The notes: generated from the letters alone by a model not told the origin. A stretch of 64,000 bases of DNA from an uncultured virus (IMG/VR IMGVR_UViG_3300042503_002084) (IMGVR_UViG_3300042503_002084); one strand, 5' to 3'; shown: positions 9,302-19,925, counted from the stretch's first letter. Program-made: numbers and translations.

Positions 9302-10287
9302 TGCAAGTTAACGGAGATGTAAATTTTACTGGTACCCTTTCAATTCAAGGTAGAGACGTAAAACAATACCTTGATAATCACTATGAACTAGGTTTAGTTT
9401 TAATTAGAGGACTTATTGGTGGTGGGTATATTGGTAGTACAATATATGACACAATCACAACATTAAAATATTCAACTGATGCCTGGGCAACAAGTTCAGC
9501 AACATTAACTCAGGCAGTAAAATATGGTGGTTGGGCATCTGCTCACACCGCTGGATATGTTTTCTTAAATCAACAAGATAATCGTACTGGTAACAATAAA
9601 GTTGTGTTTGCATCTGAAACTGTTACAACAATTGGTGCCAGAGGTTATTCTGGTACCTCACCCTCATCAATACAACATGGTGTTGGTTATGAAACAACCG
9701 GAGTTCCTTTTGGGACTAAAGCATATACTTTAGGTACCGAATCTACTGGTTATGATAAATTAACATTCTCAACAGACACATTTGCATCAGCAACAGATGC
9801 GAACATTCCAACCAACTATCACTCTGTTGGTTGGTTTGATAAAGAATATGGATATCACTATGCTGGTGCAACAAATAGAACTGCAATTTATCCATTCGCA
9901 ACAGAAAGTTGGGGTACATTATCAACAACAAATACACCAGTTGGATTTGGTTTTCCCCAAGTATATTTAGAAAAAGGATTAAACACAAAAAAAGGTAAAT
10001 TTTATTTAGCAGGTAGCGCTTCTTGGTATAATAATACATTATTCCAATTTAGAAATAACATAACGACTTGGTCAGTTAATTATGGAAGCCAAACACTACC
10101 AAACTGTGAAACAGCCGGAACTATGGGGCAAAACCATGGTTATTTGGCTGGAGGTTATCAATCAAACATTGCGGGCGGACAAAACGCTCACTCAGACAAG
10201 ATTTATCACGATACAGATTCTGTTGTTAACATTGCAGACGCACCTAGACCATTATCATCTGGTTCACCAATGTGGAGTTCAATATAA
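9301..10287 (+). CDS. Putative tail-associated beta-propeller-like protein, paralog 1
   Basis: Shares GGGYI, QHGVGY, WFDK, KGLNTK, GYxAGGY and DAPRxLS..PMWS with the next two ORFs. Kelch-like GG motifs. Confidence 0.6.
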   Translation: MQVNGDVNFTGTLSIQGRDVKQYLDNHYELGLVLIRGLIGGGYIGSTIYDTITTLKYSTDAWATSSATLTQAVKYGGWASAHTAGYVFLNQQDNRTGNNKVVFASETVTTIGARGYSGTSPSSIQHGVGYETTGVPFGTKAYTLGTESTGYDKLTFSTDTFASATDANIPTNYHSVGWFDKEYGYHYAGATNRTAIYPFATESWGTLSTTNTPVGFGFPQVYLEKGLNTKKGKFYLAGSASWYNNTLFQFRNNITTWSVNYGSQTLPNCETAGTMGQNHGYLAGGYQSNIAGGQNAHSDKIYHDTDSVVNIADAPRPLSSGSPMWSSI

Positions 10288-10293
10288 AATGTT

Positions 10294-11256
10294 ATGATAA
10301 TAAATGGTGGATTAAATTTTACGGGAACAATGAAGTACAATGGTTCACAATTGAACCTTGAGTACATTGCAGATGATTATAGAAACGGATTAACATTAAC
10401 TAAAGGATATATTGGTGGTGGTTATATTAGTAACGCTGGCTGGACTGTCGTAACAACAATACAAAATTCAACAGATACTTGGGGAACTTCAGCAAACGCA
10501 GCATTAGGTACCCCACATAGATATGGTGCAACCTTTTCATCACATATAAATGGTTATATTTTGTACGGTGATGGTTCATATAGAATAAATAAAAAAATGG
10601 CCTTTAGCACCGAGTCAGTAACTGATATCGCAAATCGTTCATATGGTAATTATCCTTGTTCCATACAGCATGGTGTTGGATATAATAGTGATGGCACATT
10701 TTATGGAACTAGAGGGTATACATTAGCAAATAGTTCTAGTAACTATGAAAAATTTACATTTCCATCAGACACATTTACAACAGCATCCGATGGAAACATA
10801 TACACTGGTGATCAATCATATTGTGAATCTTGGTTTGATAAACATTACGGATGGTCTCTTGCTAACGATGGCGTAACTAGAAGATACACATTTTCAAGTG
10901 AAACTTGGGCGACAAGATCACCATCACCAAACTACACACAAACATTATCATATTGGGGTAAAGGTTTATCAACAAAAGACGCAAAATCATATGTTCACGC
11001 CGGTGGAATTGCTTTTCCTTTTATGAAATTCATGCACTTAACTGAATCATATGTTACAAATCCATATGCCCAAACATTAGACAATGACGAACAATCACCA
11101 GTTATGGGGCAGAGTCATGGTTATTGGGCTGGCGGATATAACGGTGCTCAGAATGCACACACTGATAGAGTAGAATCCAATACGGATACTGTGATAAAAA
11201 TATTAGATGCACCAAGAGCGTTAAGCGCTGGAGCAGCAATGTGGAGTGGGTATTAA
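10294..11256 (+). CDS. Putative tail-associated beta-propeller-like protein, paralog 2
   Basis: Same motif series as 9301-10287. Confidence 0.6.
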   Translation: MIINGGLNFTGTMKYNGSQLNLEYIADDYRNGLTLTKGYIGGGYISNAGWTVVTTIQNSTDTWGTSANAALGTPHRYGATFSSHINGYILYGDGSYRINKKMAFSTESVTDIANRSYGNYPCSIQHGVGYNSDGTFYGTRGYTLANSSSNYEKFTFPSDTFTTASDGNIYTGDQSYCESWFDKHYGWSLANDGVTRRYTFSSETWATRSPSPNYTQTLSYWGKGLSTKDAKSYVHAGGIAFPFMKFMHLTESYVTNPYAQTLDNDEQSPVMGQSHGYWAGGYNGAQNAHTDRVESNTDTVIKILDAPRALSAGAAMWSGY

Positions 11257-11266
11257 TTAATAATAT

Positions 11267-12886
11267 ATGATAGTAAACAGTAACATAGAGATTAGGGATA
11301 GGGTATACGGTTGGAGACAACCATCAACTTATCACATTAGAGGTACTGTATCTGGAACGAACAATTCAATATTTAGTTCTGGTAGTGGTTATACTGCAGT
11401 TGTATACAACTACACATTCGCCCCAGGAGAGGCGTTTATTGTTATAGCGTATTGGGCACACAATTACAGAGGTACTGGGTTTGTTTATGGACCAAACGTT
11501 AAACACACAGATTTTGATGGTTATTCGGCAGATGGTTATGGACCATACTGTGGCGCATTAAACACTTCCGGGTTTCCAAATGGATATAGCGCAACATTTT
11601 TTGGACAATACCACGCACCATTAGCAAGTGGTGGTGCCGCAACAACCGGGTATTGGTTTAAATGGCAAAGATCGTCAAACACATTATCTTTACAATATTC
11701 AACAGAAGGACCAAGTGGTCCGTGGACAAACTTTAACAGTGCAGGATCAACAACAATTGCGTCAACTGATGCTGTTTGTATTGTTGTTGGAGAAGCCGGA
11801 GACACTGAGGTATCACCATTAAGGTTAGAGTCGACACCAGCCAATATATACCACAATAGTAGAGCCGTATTTGCATATACGGAAGATTATTATAGATTTT
11901 CTTTAAATTTAATTAAAGGTTTTGCTGGCGGTGGGTACATCGGAAGTACACACTATTCTAGTATTGTTCAAATAGCATATGCAACTGACGCATGGTCAAC
12001 CACACCTTACGGATTAAGTTATACTACTTGGTATGGTACCGGTTTTAGTGGATTAAGTAATGGTTATGTAAATTTTACTGGAGGTAATAACTTTGCAACA
12101 GATAGATTTAACTTCCCAACACAAACTATTCAAGCAATGGCCGCTAGAACCTATAGTAGTAACGGTTCCCCATCGGCAACTCAACAAGGGGTTGGTTATC
12201 TACCTGTTTATAATCAAATATCAACATCACCAACAGCACCTGCAGGTGCTGGAAATTCAGCAGCAAGTACATACAATACTTTAGCATCATATGGTACAAA
12301 AGGATATGAAGTTGGCAAACAAACAACTAACTGGGAAGCATTAACGTTTTCAACTGAAGCGTGGCAAGCAAAAACTAGTGGACCATCTGGTGGATATGGT
12401 ATGGGTTGGTTTGATAAAGATTATAGTTGGCAATATGCTAGTGCGTATGGTGGTAATAATACTGTAACAAATAGAATGCCCCATTCAACTGAAACTTGGT
12501 CAAGTATAACAACAACAAGTAGTCCTGGTGCTTTAGGTATGCCATCTGGTGGCGCCGAAAAGGGTGTTAACTCCAAACAAGGTAAGTTTTATTTGGCTGG
12601 GAATTGGGGTGGTACTTATTGTGGTACTAGTGATGGTAATAGAATATTTAAGTTTGTTAATGCAACATCTACATGGACAGTAAATAGTAGTTCACAAACT
12701 AGATGGAACAACGAACATTGTGGTCTTATGGGTATGAATACGGGATATTTTGCTGGAGGATATAACTGCACTGATGGACAAAATGGACATACTGATAAAA
12801 TTAATTATAATTTAGATTCAATAGTTCAAATAGCAGATGCACCAAGATCGTTATCATCGGCATCACCAATGTGGTCATCCTATTGA
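11267..12886 (+). CDS. Putative tail-associated beta-propeller-like protein, paralog 3, with an extra N-terminal beta domain
   Basis: Same motif series, preceded by ~200 extra aa rich in aromatic residues and beta-strand pattern. Confidence 0.6.
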   Translation: MIVNSNIEIRDRVYGWRQPSTYHIRGTVSGTNNSIFSSGSGYTAVVYNYTFAPGEAFIVIAYWAHNYRGTGFVYGPNVKHTDFDGYSADGYGPYCGALNTSGFPNGYSATFFGQYHAPLASGGAATTGYWFKWQRSSNTLSLQYSTEGPSGPWTNFNSAGSTTIASTDAVCIVVGEAGDTEVSPLRLESTPANIYHNSRAVFAYTEDYYRFSLNLIKGFAGGGYIGSTHYSSIVQIAYATDAWSTTPYGLSYTTWYGTGFSGLSNGYVNFTGGNNFATDRFNFPTQTIQAMAARTYSSNGSPSATQQGVGYLPVYNQISTSPTAPAGAGNSAASTYNTLASYGTKGYEVGKQTTNWEALTFSTEAWQAKTSGPSGGYGMGWFDKDYSWQYASAYGGNNTVTNRMPHSTETWSSITTTSSPGALGMPSGGAEKGVNSKQGKFYLAGNWGGTYCGTSDGNRIFKFVNATSTWTVNSSSQTRWNNEHCGLMGMNTGYFAGGYNCTDGQNGHTDKINYNLDSIVQIADAPRSLSSASPMWSSY

Positions 12887-12925
12887 TTTATTGAAAAAAA
12901 TTATGTATATTAACAAAAAACAAAT

Positions 12926-13579
12926 ATGAAAGAAGATATTTTACCAAAAGAGTATAAAGATTTAATTTTCTCAATGTCAGAGTTTCAAATTAAACATTTT
13001 GTTATTGGATCGCAACACAATCCGTATAGACAATTTAAACAAATCCTATTAGAACTAGAAGTTAGAAATACCAATATGGAACAGATGGTTTTAGATATGG
13101 AGAAAAATCGATTAGAAAGAAATTTAGCAGAAGAAAAAATGGGATCAGAATCGTCACCAGCACAGAAAGCACTTTATCAACACGATATAAAGAAATTAGA
13201 TATTACCCATGAAAATGGTTTAAGAGCAATGGAAAGAACTAAATCTGAAATGGGGTTTCTTGAAAATATTTTAACAGAATTTAGAGCAGAATTTAATGTT
13301 GCGGAATTAATGGATAAACAAGATGAGTATGAACATGAATATTGGATAAAACGTTTAGCAACACAATCAGCATTAGAATTATTAACATCCGGCAGAATTG
13401 GTGTAGGTAATATGGAAGCGTTAATGCAAATGGGTTCAGATAATTTTAGAAAAGCACTTGTTGAAACAACTAGAATAACTAATCAAGTAAAAGAACAAGT
13501 GAAATATTTAGATATGATAGGAGATGATGAACTTCTTCAAAATAATGGGTCTAAAGAAATTGAATTTAAAGAGCAATAA
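12926..13579 (+). CDS. Hypothetical coiled-coil protein in the tail module
   Basis: 217-aa ORF, helical and charged, co-oriented with neighbours. Confidence 0.7.
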   Translation: MKEDILPKEYKDLIFSMSEFQIKHFVIGSQHNPYRQFKQILLELEVRNTNMEQMVLDMEKNRLERNLAEEKMGSESSPAQKALYQHDIKKLDITHENGLRAMERTKSEMGFLENILTEFRAEFNVAELMDKQDEYEHEYWIKRLATQSALELLTSGRIGVGNMEALMQMGSDNFRKALVETTRITNQVKEQVKYLDMIGDDELLQNNGSKEIEFKEQ

Positions 13580-13581
13580 AA

Positions 13582-14319
13582 ATGGATTACATAGCGTATA
13601 GAATACCACAAGGGGAAGGTCACCCAAACATAAGCGGAATTGAACAACTTAGATATGCAGAGAATTACTACATATGCTCTGTTATTGATATTAATTTAAT
13701 CTCAACCGGAATTATTCAAAAATACGGAATTGTTAAAGCAAACGAACAAGTTGTTAGAGGTTTAGAATTTTTTGTTGCAACCAGTGAGAGCGCAAAAATT
13801 TATAAAATATATTCTAGTGGACAAGCGCCGGAATTTTTTGATGAAGATTTCAATGTAGTTAATGGTGTTAGGATTAAAAGACCAATGGCTGATAATGAAG
13901 TTGTAGATAGATATGAAGCAATTCGTTGGGTGAGAAAACAAATGGTTAAAGATTATTATAAACAAAAATTTGAAACCTTAACTATAAATAAAACACCACA
14001 AGAAAGAGCAACGTGGCAAGCACAATTAAATGAAGCCGTTCAAATAGAAAATGGTGACACAACACCAACCCCTACGATAGATTTGCTATCAGCGGCTAAA
14101 GGCGTTAGTAGAACCGCATTGGCTAGTGGAATCATTTCTGCTAATGAAAGTTATAAACTACAAGTCGCACAATTATTTGCTGACGAAGAAACATACGTAA
14201 CACAATTAAATAACGCTTCTGGAGATGATATAATCAACGTTAGATTACCAGTATCAACAACAATTATACCTGGAGACACCAGATTTGGTGGTCAAACGGT
14301 AACAATATCAGGAGAGTAA
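13582..14319 (+). CDS. Hypothetical protein, possibly a tail fibre assembly chaperone
   Basis: ERATWQAQLNEA...TPTIDLLSAAKG resembles motifs in phage tail-assembly proteins. Position in the tail module. Confidence 0.5.
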   Translation: MDYIAYRIPQGEGHPNISGIEQLRYAENYYICSVIDINLISTGIIQKYGIVKANEQVVRGLEFFVATSESAKIYKIYSSGQAPEFFDEDFNVVNGVRIKRPMADNEVVDRYEAIRWVRKQMVKDYYKQKFETLTINKTPQERATWQAQLNEAVQIENGDTTPTPTIDLLSAAKGVSRTALASGIISANESYKLQVAQLFADEETYVTQLNNASGDDIINVRLPVSTTIIPGDTRFGGQTVTISGE

Positions 14320-14329
14320 AACCAAAATT

Positions 14330-15847
14330 ATGGAAATTAAAAAGATTGTCATTCTTGGCGGAGGAACCGCTGGAATAATGACTGCTGCATTATTATCAAA
14401 AGTATTTAAAAATAAATTAGATATTACTCTAATTCATTCTAACAAAATTGGAACCATAGGTGTTGGTGAAAGTTCAACTGCTAGTTTACATTCATTCATG
14501 AAGTACATTGGTTTACAAGAAAAAGATTGGATGGAAGAATCGTCCGCGACATATAAGTATGGTGGTAGATTTATGAATTGGTCATCAAGTGGTGATCATT
14601 TCGTTTTAGTGGAAGACGATGTAAAATTATTCGTTAATCAAAATACAAACTTATTACAACATATTGTATCTGAATATAAAAACGATCCACATAAGTTAAA
14701 AGAATTATTCATTACACCTAAATTAGCGTTAAACAATTTAACACCAAAGATAGACGATGATCAATTATATTCAGCAGTGTTTGATGAAATTGGTAGTGTC
14801 TATAGTTACAACTTTGATGCAATTAAATTTGCTGATGTTATTAAAAGAAAAGTTTGTATCCCTAATGGTGTTAAATTTGTGGAGGGGCAACTTAAACAAG
14901 TTAAATTAGATGATTTTGGTTTTATTAAAGATATAAAACTATGGGACCAACAAAAGTTTAAAGCGGATTTGTATATTGATTGTTCAGGATTCAAGGGGGC
15001 TTTAATTGAGTCAGTAATGAATGAACCATTTATTCCATTTAGTGATTCTTTGTTCTGCGATAAAGCAATTGCCGCACCAATCCCATACAAAGACAAAAAA
15101 ACTGAGATGGAACCATATTCTAGAATGTACACAATGACTAGTGGTTGGTTATGGAAAACACCAATCTATGATAGAATAGGTTCTGGTTATGTTTATTCAT
15201 CAAAACATATAAGTGATGAGGATGCTGAAAAAGAATTTAGGGAGTTTCATAATGGGTATGATGGTAAGGTGTTGAAAATCAATATGCGTGTTGGGACAAG
15301 AGAAAGAGTTGCAGTTAAAAATGTTGTTGCTTGTGGATTGTCAGGCGGATTCGCTGAACCAATGGAAGCGACAGGTATCTCAACATTCCAAGGTATTATG
15401 GTTACACTAGCAACAGAGTTAGAAAAATCAAATTTAAATTATACAACACAAACAATGGATGAAATCAATCGAGATAATATTGACATGATGATTGATATCA
15501 GAGATTTTATACAAGCACACTATCTTCTTTGTGAAAGAAACGACACCCCTTTCTGGAATGATGTACACACAAAATCATTTGTTCCAGACACACTAAATCA
15601 AAAACTTCACGTAATGTCAATTAAACCACCAGATAAATTATTTAGAGGTAGAATATTTGGAGCGGTTAACTGGTTTCAGTGGTTGTGGGCCATGGGCTTT
15701 TATAAAAACAATGGTTATAAATTAGATCCTAAGTACAAAGACATGTGTGAACATAAAGTGAATCTAATAAAAGAAGAATCGAATTCACTATCTAAAATTC
15801 TACCTAACCACTACGAATATTTAAAGAAGTTTTACGGGAGAGAATAG
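14330..15847 (+). CDS. Tryptophan halogenase-like flavoprotein
   Basis: IVILGGGTAG, IGVGES, ATYKYG, YIDCSGF, GWLWKTP (WxWxIP variant), RIGSGYVYSS, FAEPMEATG. Confidence 0.88.
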   Translation: MEIKKIVILGGGTAGIMTAALLSKVFKNKLDITLIHSNKIGTIGVGESSTASLHSFMKYIGLQEKDWMEESSATYKYGGRFMNWSSSGDHFVLVEDDVKLFVNQNTNLLQHIVSEYKNDPHKLKELFITPKLALNNLTPKIDDDQLYSAVFDEIGSVYSYNFDAIKFADVIKRKVCIPNGVKFVEGQLKQVKLDDFGFIKDIKLWDQQKFKADLYIDCSGFKGALIESVMNEPFIPFSDSLFCDKAIAAPIPYKDKKTEMEPYSRMYTMTSGWLWKTPIYDRIGSGYVYSSKHISDEDAEKEFREFHNGYDGKVLKINMRVGTRERVAVKNVVACGLSGGFAEPMEATGISTFQGIMVTLATELEKSNLNYTTQTMDEINRDNIDMMIDIRDFIQAHYLLCERNDTPFWNDVHTKSFVPDTLNQKLHVMSIKPPDKLFRGRIFGAVNWFQWLWAMGFYKNNGYKLDPKYKDMCEHKVNLIKEESNSLSKILPNHYEYLKKFYGRE

Positions 15848-15894
15848 TTTGTTTTACGATATTTTTTTTGTATATTAGTACAAACAAATTTATT

Positions 15895-16104
15895 ATGAAA
15901 CTATTCAATATTGGAGATGCGTCTCCTTCAGCAAGAATGACATTTTTATCAATCGGAGCAGTTGTCTTTATAGGTAACTGCTTGACTGGTTTAAGCGAGG
16001 TGAGTTGGGTGTTGTGGCTACCCCCAACTTTATTACCATTAGCCGCGTTAACCGGGGTTTGTCCTTTTAAAATTATTTGGGAGAAACTCGGATTTAAAAA
16101 ATAA
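15895..16104 (+). CDS. Small two-TM membrane protein (DUF2892/YgaP-like)
   Basis: Two hydrophobic segments and a TGVCP motif. ATG at 15895 follows a TATATTAG promoter-like element. Confidence 0.55.
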   Translation: MKLFNIGDASPSARMTFLSIGAVVFIGNCLTGLSEVSWVLWLPPTLLPLAALTGVCPFKIIWEKLGFKK

Positions 16105-16109
16105 CAAAG

Positions 16110-16991
16110 ATGAAAAAAACAATTGTAATGCTATCGCTAATGTTAGCATCAATGTTTGTTACTACAATGTCATTTGGACAATACAGTAGTACCGCAATCA
16201 AGAATGGGGTGGACCAAACAACCACGCAAACGGACACAGTCCCTAATCAATTACAAGAGATTGTTGTTACAGCAAAGAAGGTACCATTAATGACTAAAGT
16301 CGGTCCTTATGGTCAACCACTTTGGACAACAATTCGAATGTTTCCATCTACTAGGGTTTATGTAATGAATCCTCCAGGTACAGCAATGTACGAGAAATGG
16401 TTTGACGTTAGACAAAGAAGAAATGGTCCAGCACAAATCAGAATGAGAGATGAGTTTACATTTGGTTTAGGTAAACGATTACAATTAGATCTTTATTCAC
16501 ACACAGTTTATGATGGTGAAAATGGTGATAAGGAATTTAAATGGAGAGGATTCTCATGGGAGTTCAGATATGCACTTGCTGATTGGGGTAAACTCTGGGG
16601 TAATCCAACACTTTATTATGAAATGAAAATGTTAGATGGCCGTTGGGGTATTGAACCTAAACTATTATTAGGTGATAAGATAGGTAAAAAAGGCGTATGG
16701 GGTTTCAATGCGATCTACGAGGGTAACTTAGGTGGAACAAAAGAAGAACAAGAAAGAGAATACGCTTATACTGCATCATATGCAAACATTATTAACAATG
16801 ATTTAAGTTTAGGTGTTTCACATATGTTTAGATATAACGACTACGAAGGAACATCAACCGAATGGTATTTTGGTCCACTAGTTCAATATCGTTTTAGTAA
16901 CAAAGGTTATTTAAACATTGAACATATGCCAGGGTTATCAGACGCATCAAAACAATCAAGAACTTTAATTATATTTGGATGGAGATTTTAA
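16110..16991 (+). CDS. Putative outer-membrane beta-barrel protein
   Basis: Sec signal peptide, LQEIVVTA (TonB-box-like), alternating aromatic beta strands, C-terminal ...IFGWRF. Confidence 0.65.
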   Translation: MKKTIVMLSLMLASMFVTTMSFGQYSSTAIKNGVDQTTTQTDTVPNQLQEIVVTAKKVPLMTKVGPYGQPLWTTIRMFPSTRVYVMNPPGTAMYEKWFDVRQRRNGPAQIRMRDEFTFGLGKRLQLDLYSHTVYDGENGDKEFKWRGFSWEFRYALADWGKLWGNPTLYYEMKMLDGRWGIEPKLLLGDKIGKKGVWGFNAIYEGNLGGTKEEQEREYAYTASYANIINNDLSLGVSHMFRYNDYEGTSTEWYFGPLVQYRFSNKGYLNIEHMPGLSDASKQSRTLIIFGWRF

Positions 16992-17983
16992 TCAAAGGAC
17001 AAGAGTTTCTTGTCTACTTAATATTCATTATGTTCGTAACAGGTATCCTCAAAGAAAGAGGATACCTTATGGACATTTTCAGTTTGTTAGAACAAAAAGT
17101 TAAATCAAAAAAGATGGTGGTATTTTTAGTATCGCTATTCGGTGGCATCCTACCTATTCCAGGACGTGTTGCTTTGTCGGCGTCAATGTTGAATAGTATC
17201 GCACCAGTTGATAACAAGAAGCGTAAGAAGTTTGGTATCATTGATTACCTTGCAACGCATCATTACTATCTATGGTCCCCATTAGAGAAAACAGTAATCA
17301 TCCCTATGGCCGTGCTAGGTTTAACCTACATGCAGTTCATGTCATATATTTGGCCGCTGTTATTAATTTCTGGGCTGTATATTAGTTATTACATTTTATC
17401 ATTAGAAGACGATGAGATAGATATTGAAGTTAAAGATGGACCAATCAACTGGAAGAATATAACCAATGTCGTTTTACCATTTTTAGGTACCATACTTATT
17501 AGTTGTTTTACTGATCATTATTTCGGTGCATTCACAGTATTCACAGTATACCTAACATACTATTCAAATAGTTGGAAGAAACTTCTTGATTATATTAATT
17601 GGGAACTTATCTGGATTGTTGCTTTAGTAATTATTCTTGGTAACCTAGTTGGTTCTTATTACAGTGTAATTGAAGGATACATTAAACAATATAATAAACC
17701 AGAATATATTTTAATGGTATCAATGATATCTTTTTTATCCTCATTCTTATTAGGTTCTTCAGCAAAATATGCAAGTATTGTTAGTTTACTGACAAGTGTA
17801 TTTGGTATGCATTATTTTGTTTTATTCTTCACATTAGAATATTCTGCGTATTTAATTTCCCCGTCACATAAATGCTTACCAATAGGTCAAAAGTATTTTC
17901 ATACAGGATTTATGACATATCTTAAAGCATTAATAATTTGGATATCGATTATGATTACTTACGCGTTAATAACTGTTTTATGA
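16979..17983 (+). CDS. Multi-pass inner-membrane transporter (ion transporter superfamily/DUF401-like)
   Basis: About 9-10 TM segments, GILPIPGRVALSA and YLISPSHKCL motifs. Confidence 0.65.
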   Translation: MEILIKGQEFLVYLIFIMFVTGILKERGYLMDIFSLLEQKVKSKKMVVFLVSLFGGILPIPGRVALSASMLNSIAPVDNKKRKKFGIIDYLATHHYYLWSPLEKTVIIPMAVLGLTYMQFMSYIWPLLLISGLYISYYILSLEDDEIDIEVKDGPINWKNITNVVLPFLGTILISCFTDHYFGAFTVFTVYLTYYSNSWKKLLDYINWELIWIVALVIILGNLVGSYYSVIEGYIKQYNKPEYILMVSMISFLSSFLLGSSAKYASIVSLLTSVFGMHYFVLFFTLEYSAYLISPSHKCLPIGQKYFHTGFMTYLKALIIWISIMITYALITVL

Positions 17984-18543
17984 ATATAAAAGAAAATTTT
18001 AAAGTTCTCGGCAACATTGATGTAAACCCAATTCTTAATGAGTTTAAAAAAGTAACCCAAGATGATTGGGATAAGTACACATGGAGACAGGATGCGAATC
18101 CTATGCACAGTGCATCCAAATCCTTAGCAATTATCTATGATCAAGATTTTAGACACTTTAATACAACTAAACACGAGTTGTATGAGCGATTGAATTTTGA
18201 AACCATTATTAAACCGATGTTAGATATTCTTGAAAAAGAATATGGTCCCGGATATATTGTTAGAGCAGTATTAGTTAAACTACCTGCTGGTAATAGCATT
18301 AAATCGCATGTTGATACCGGTGGTTCATATAGTTTATCACATAGAATACATATACCGCTGATATGTGAACCAGATAAGGTTGAGTATATAGTAGACCAAG
18401 AACATAGATTTTTTGAAATAGGTCAAATGTTCGAATTAAATAACATGAGAACCCACGCAGTTAATAATAGTGGATCTATCGACAGAACAAATTTATTATT
18501 TGATTTTGCTAAATACGACGGTGATGGTTGGTGGTGGAAATAA
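17980..18543 (+). CDS. Aspartyl/asparaginyl beta-hydroxylase-like 2OG-Fe(II) oxygenase
   Basis: IKSHVD...RIHIPL...HAVNN...RTNLLFD (HxD...H facial triad). ATG at 17980 overlaps the upstream stop. Confidence 0.8.
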   Translation: MNIKENFKVLGNIDVNPILNEFKKVTQDDWDKYTWRQDANPMHSASKSLAIIYDQDFRHFNTTKHELYERLNFETIIKPMLDILEKEYGPGYIVRAVLVKLPAGNSIKSHVDTGGSYSLSHRIHIPLICEPDKVEYIVDQEHRFFEIGQMFELNNMRTHAVNNSGSIDRTNLLFDFAKYDGDGWWWK

Positions 18544-18554
18544 AAAAAAATAAA

Positions 18555-18821
18555 ATGAAACAAGAACCTAGGGGTAAATTTATTAAATCAGAACAAACTT
18601 TGGTGGTTTTAGAAACCATCGGTGTGATAATGAGAATCATGGCATTTGGTATGCTATCCATATTAAATAAGGATACACCATTTTTGTTAATGTGGATATG
18701 GAACACAGTTGATGCATTGATATTAACTTATTGTGCATGGGAAAGAAATAACACACCATACATTATCATGAACACATTCTGGTTAATAGTTGGGGCTGTG
18801 GGAATTTACAATAGTTGGTAA
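18555..18821 (+). CDS. Small membrane protein (three TM)
   Basis: Hydrophobic ORF. Likely ATG at 18555. Confidence 0.6.
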   Translation: MKQEPRGKFIKSEQTLVVLETIGVIMRIMAFGMLSILNKDTPFLLMWIWNTVDALILTYCAWERNNTPYIIMNTFWLIVGAVGIYNSW

Positions 18822-19925
18822 TTAGATTTTTTTTCTAATTTCAATTTGCATGTTACCTGTTTTATATTCCCCAACTTCATAGTGGGGAATACTTAATCTT
18901 AATCTATATAAGATCATCATATCCTCCATAGTAAACTCCCCTGTTTCATAAATCATAACATCAACGGTATCAGTTAATAAAAACTTAGATCTCAGATCAT
19001 AGTTAGTATTTTTTTGATTTACTTCGATGTAATCATCAGGTACTTCACCCAAATCTATTTTATCAAAGAAGGGTTCTATTTCGAATAATTTATTTTTATT
19101 CCTGGTCGTTAACCCCATAGTGAAAGATTTATAAATAAAATCTTTATCTTCCCAATACCTTGTTTCATTAAACGTTGAAATACTAATCCCCCATTTTCTA
19201 ACAAAATTCCTATTAGAATTAATTTCATATTGCATTCTATCGTTCTTAAATTCATTACTGAATCTAGATGTTTGTGAAACGAAGTGGTAAACAATAGCAC
19301 TATCACATGTCTTTAAGTTATAACCTTTAAGTTTTGCTCTAATTAAAAAATCATCATCTTCACAAAAACAAGGGAAAAAACTAAAACCATCAAAGTAACC
19401 AACTTCCTCAAACATTTTCTTATAGCCGCTCATAAAGAACACTGCACCATCATATAGATTGTTACTACCTTTCCATTGCTCAACATAATTATTGAAATTA
19501 AAATGATCAAAATCTAAGAAGGATGAACCTAAGTTCAAAATAACCTTTCCTGGCCTCCTGTGACCACTAAAAATAGGTGGTTCAATAGTTGTATAGGAAA
19601 GTAACATATCTTCCGTTAATAACCTCTCAATGGCCTCCAGAAACCCTTCCCCGATAATCATATCATTATGAATTAGAACAAGTTTCTCAGTATCGACTAT
19701 TTTAATTCCCGCATTGTATGTGTCTGAGAATGGTAACCTTTCGTCATCATGAATATAGGATAGGAAATCATCATCTAATGATTCTAACCATTCTTTAGTA
19801 CCGTCTGTTGATCCCCCGCTACTAATAACTAAAGGTGCTTCTGGGTATATTGTTCTTAATCTTTGATAACACTCCTTAGTTAATAATAAATTATTATATA
19901 CCGCAAGTACAAAACTTATATTCAT
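18822..19925 (-). CDS. Glycosyltransferase family 2
   Basis: ISFVLAVYN, GGSTDGT, LIHNDM, GYFD...CEDDDFLIR, VYHF. Confidence 0.85.
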   Translation of the reverse strand: MNISFVLAVYNNLLLTKECYQRLRTIYPEAPLVISSGGSTDGTKEWLESLDDDFLSYIHDDERLPFSDTYNAGIKIVDTEKLVLIHNDMIIGEGFLEAIERLLTEDMLLSYTTIEPPIFSGHRRPGKVILNLGSSFLDFDHFNFNNYVEQWKGSNNLYDGAVFFMSGYKKMFEEVGYFDGFSFFPCFCEDDDFLIRAKLKGYNLKTCDSAIVYHFVSQTSRFSNEFKNDRMQYEINSNRNFVRKWGISISTFNETRYWEDKDFIYKSFTMGLTTRNKNKLFEIEPFFDKIDLGEVPDDYIEVNQKNTNYDLRSKFLLTDTVDVMIYETGEFTMEDMMILYRLRLSIPHYEVGEYKTGNMQIEIRKKI

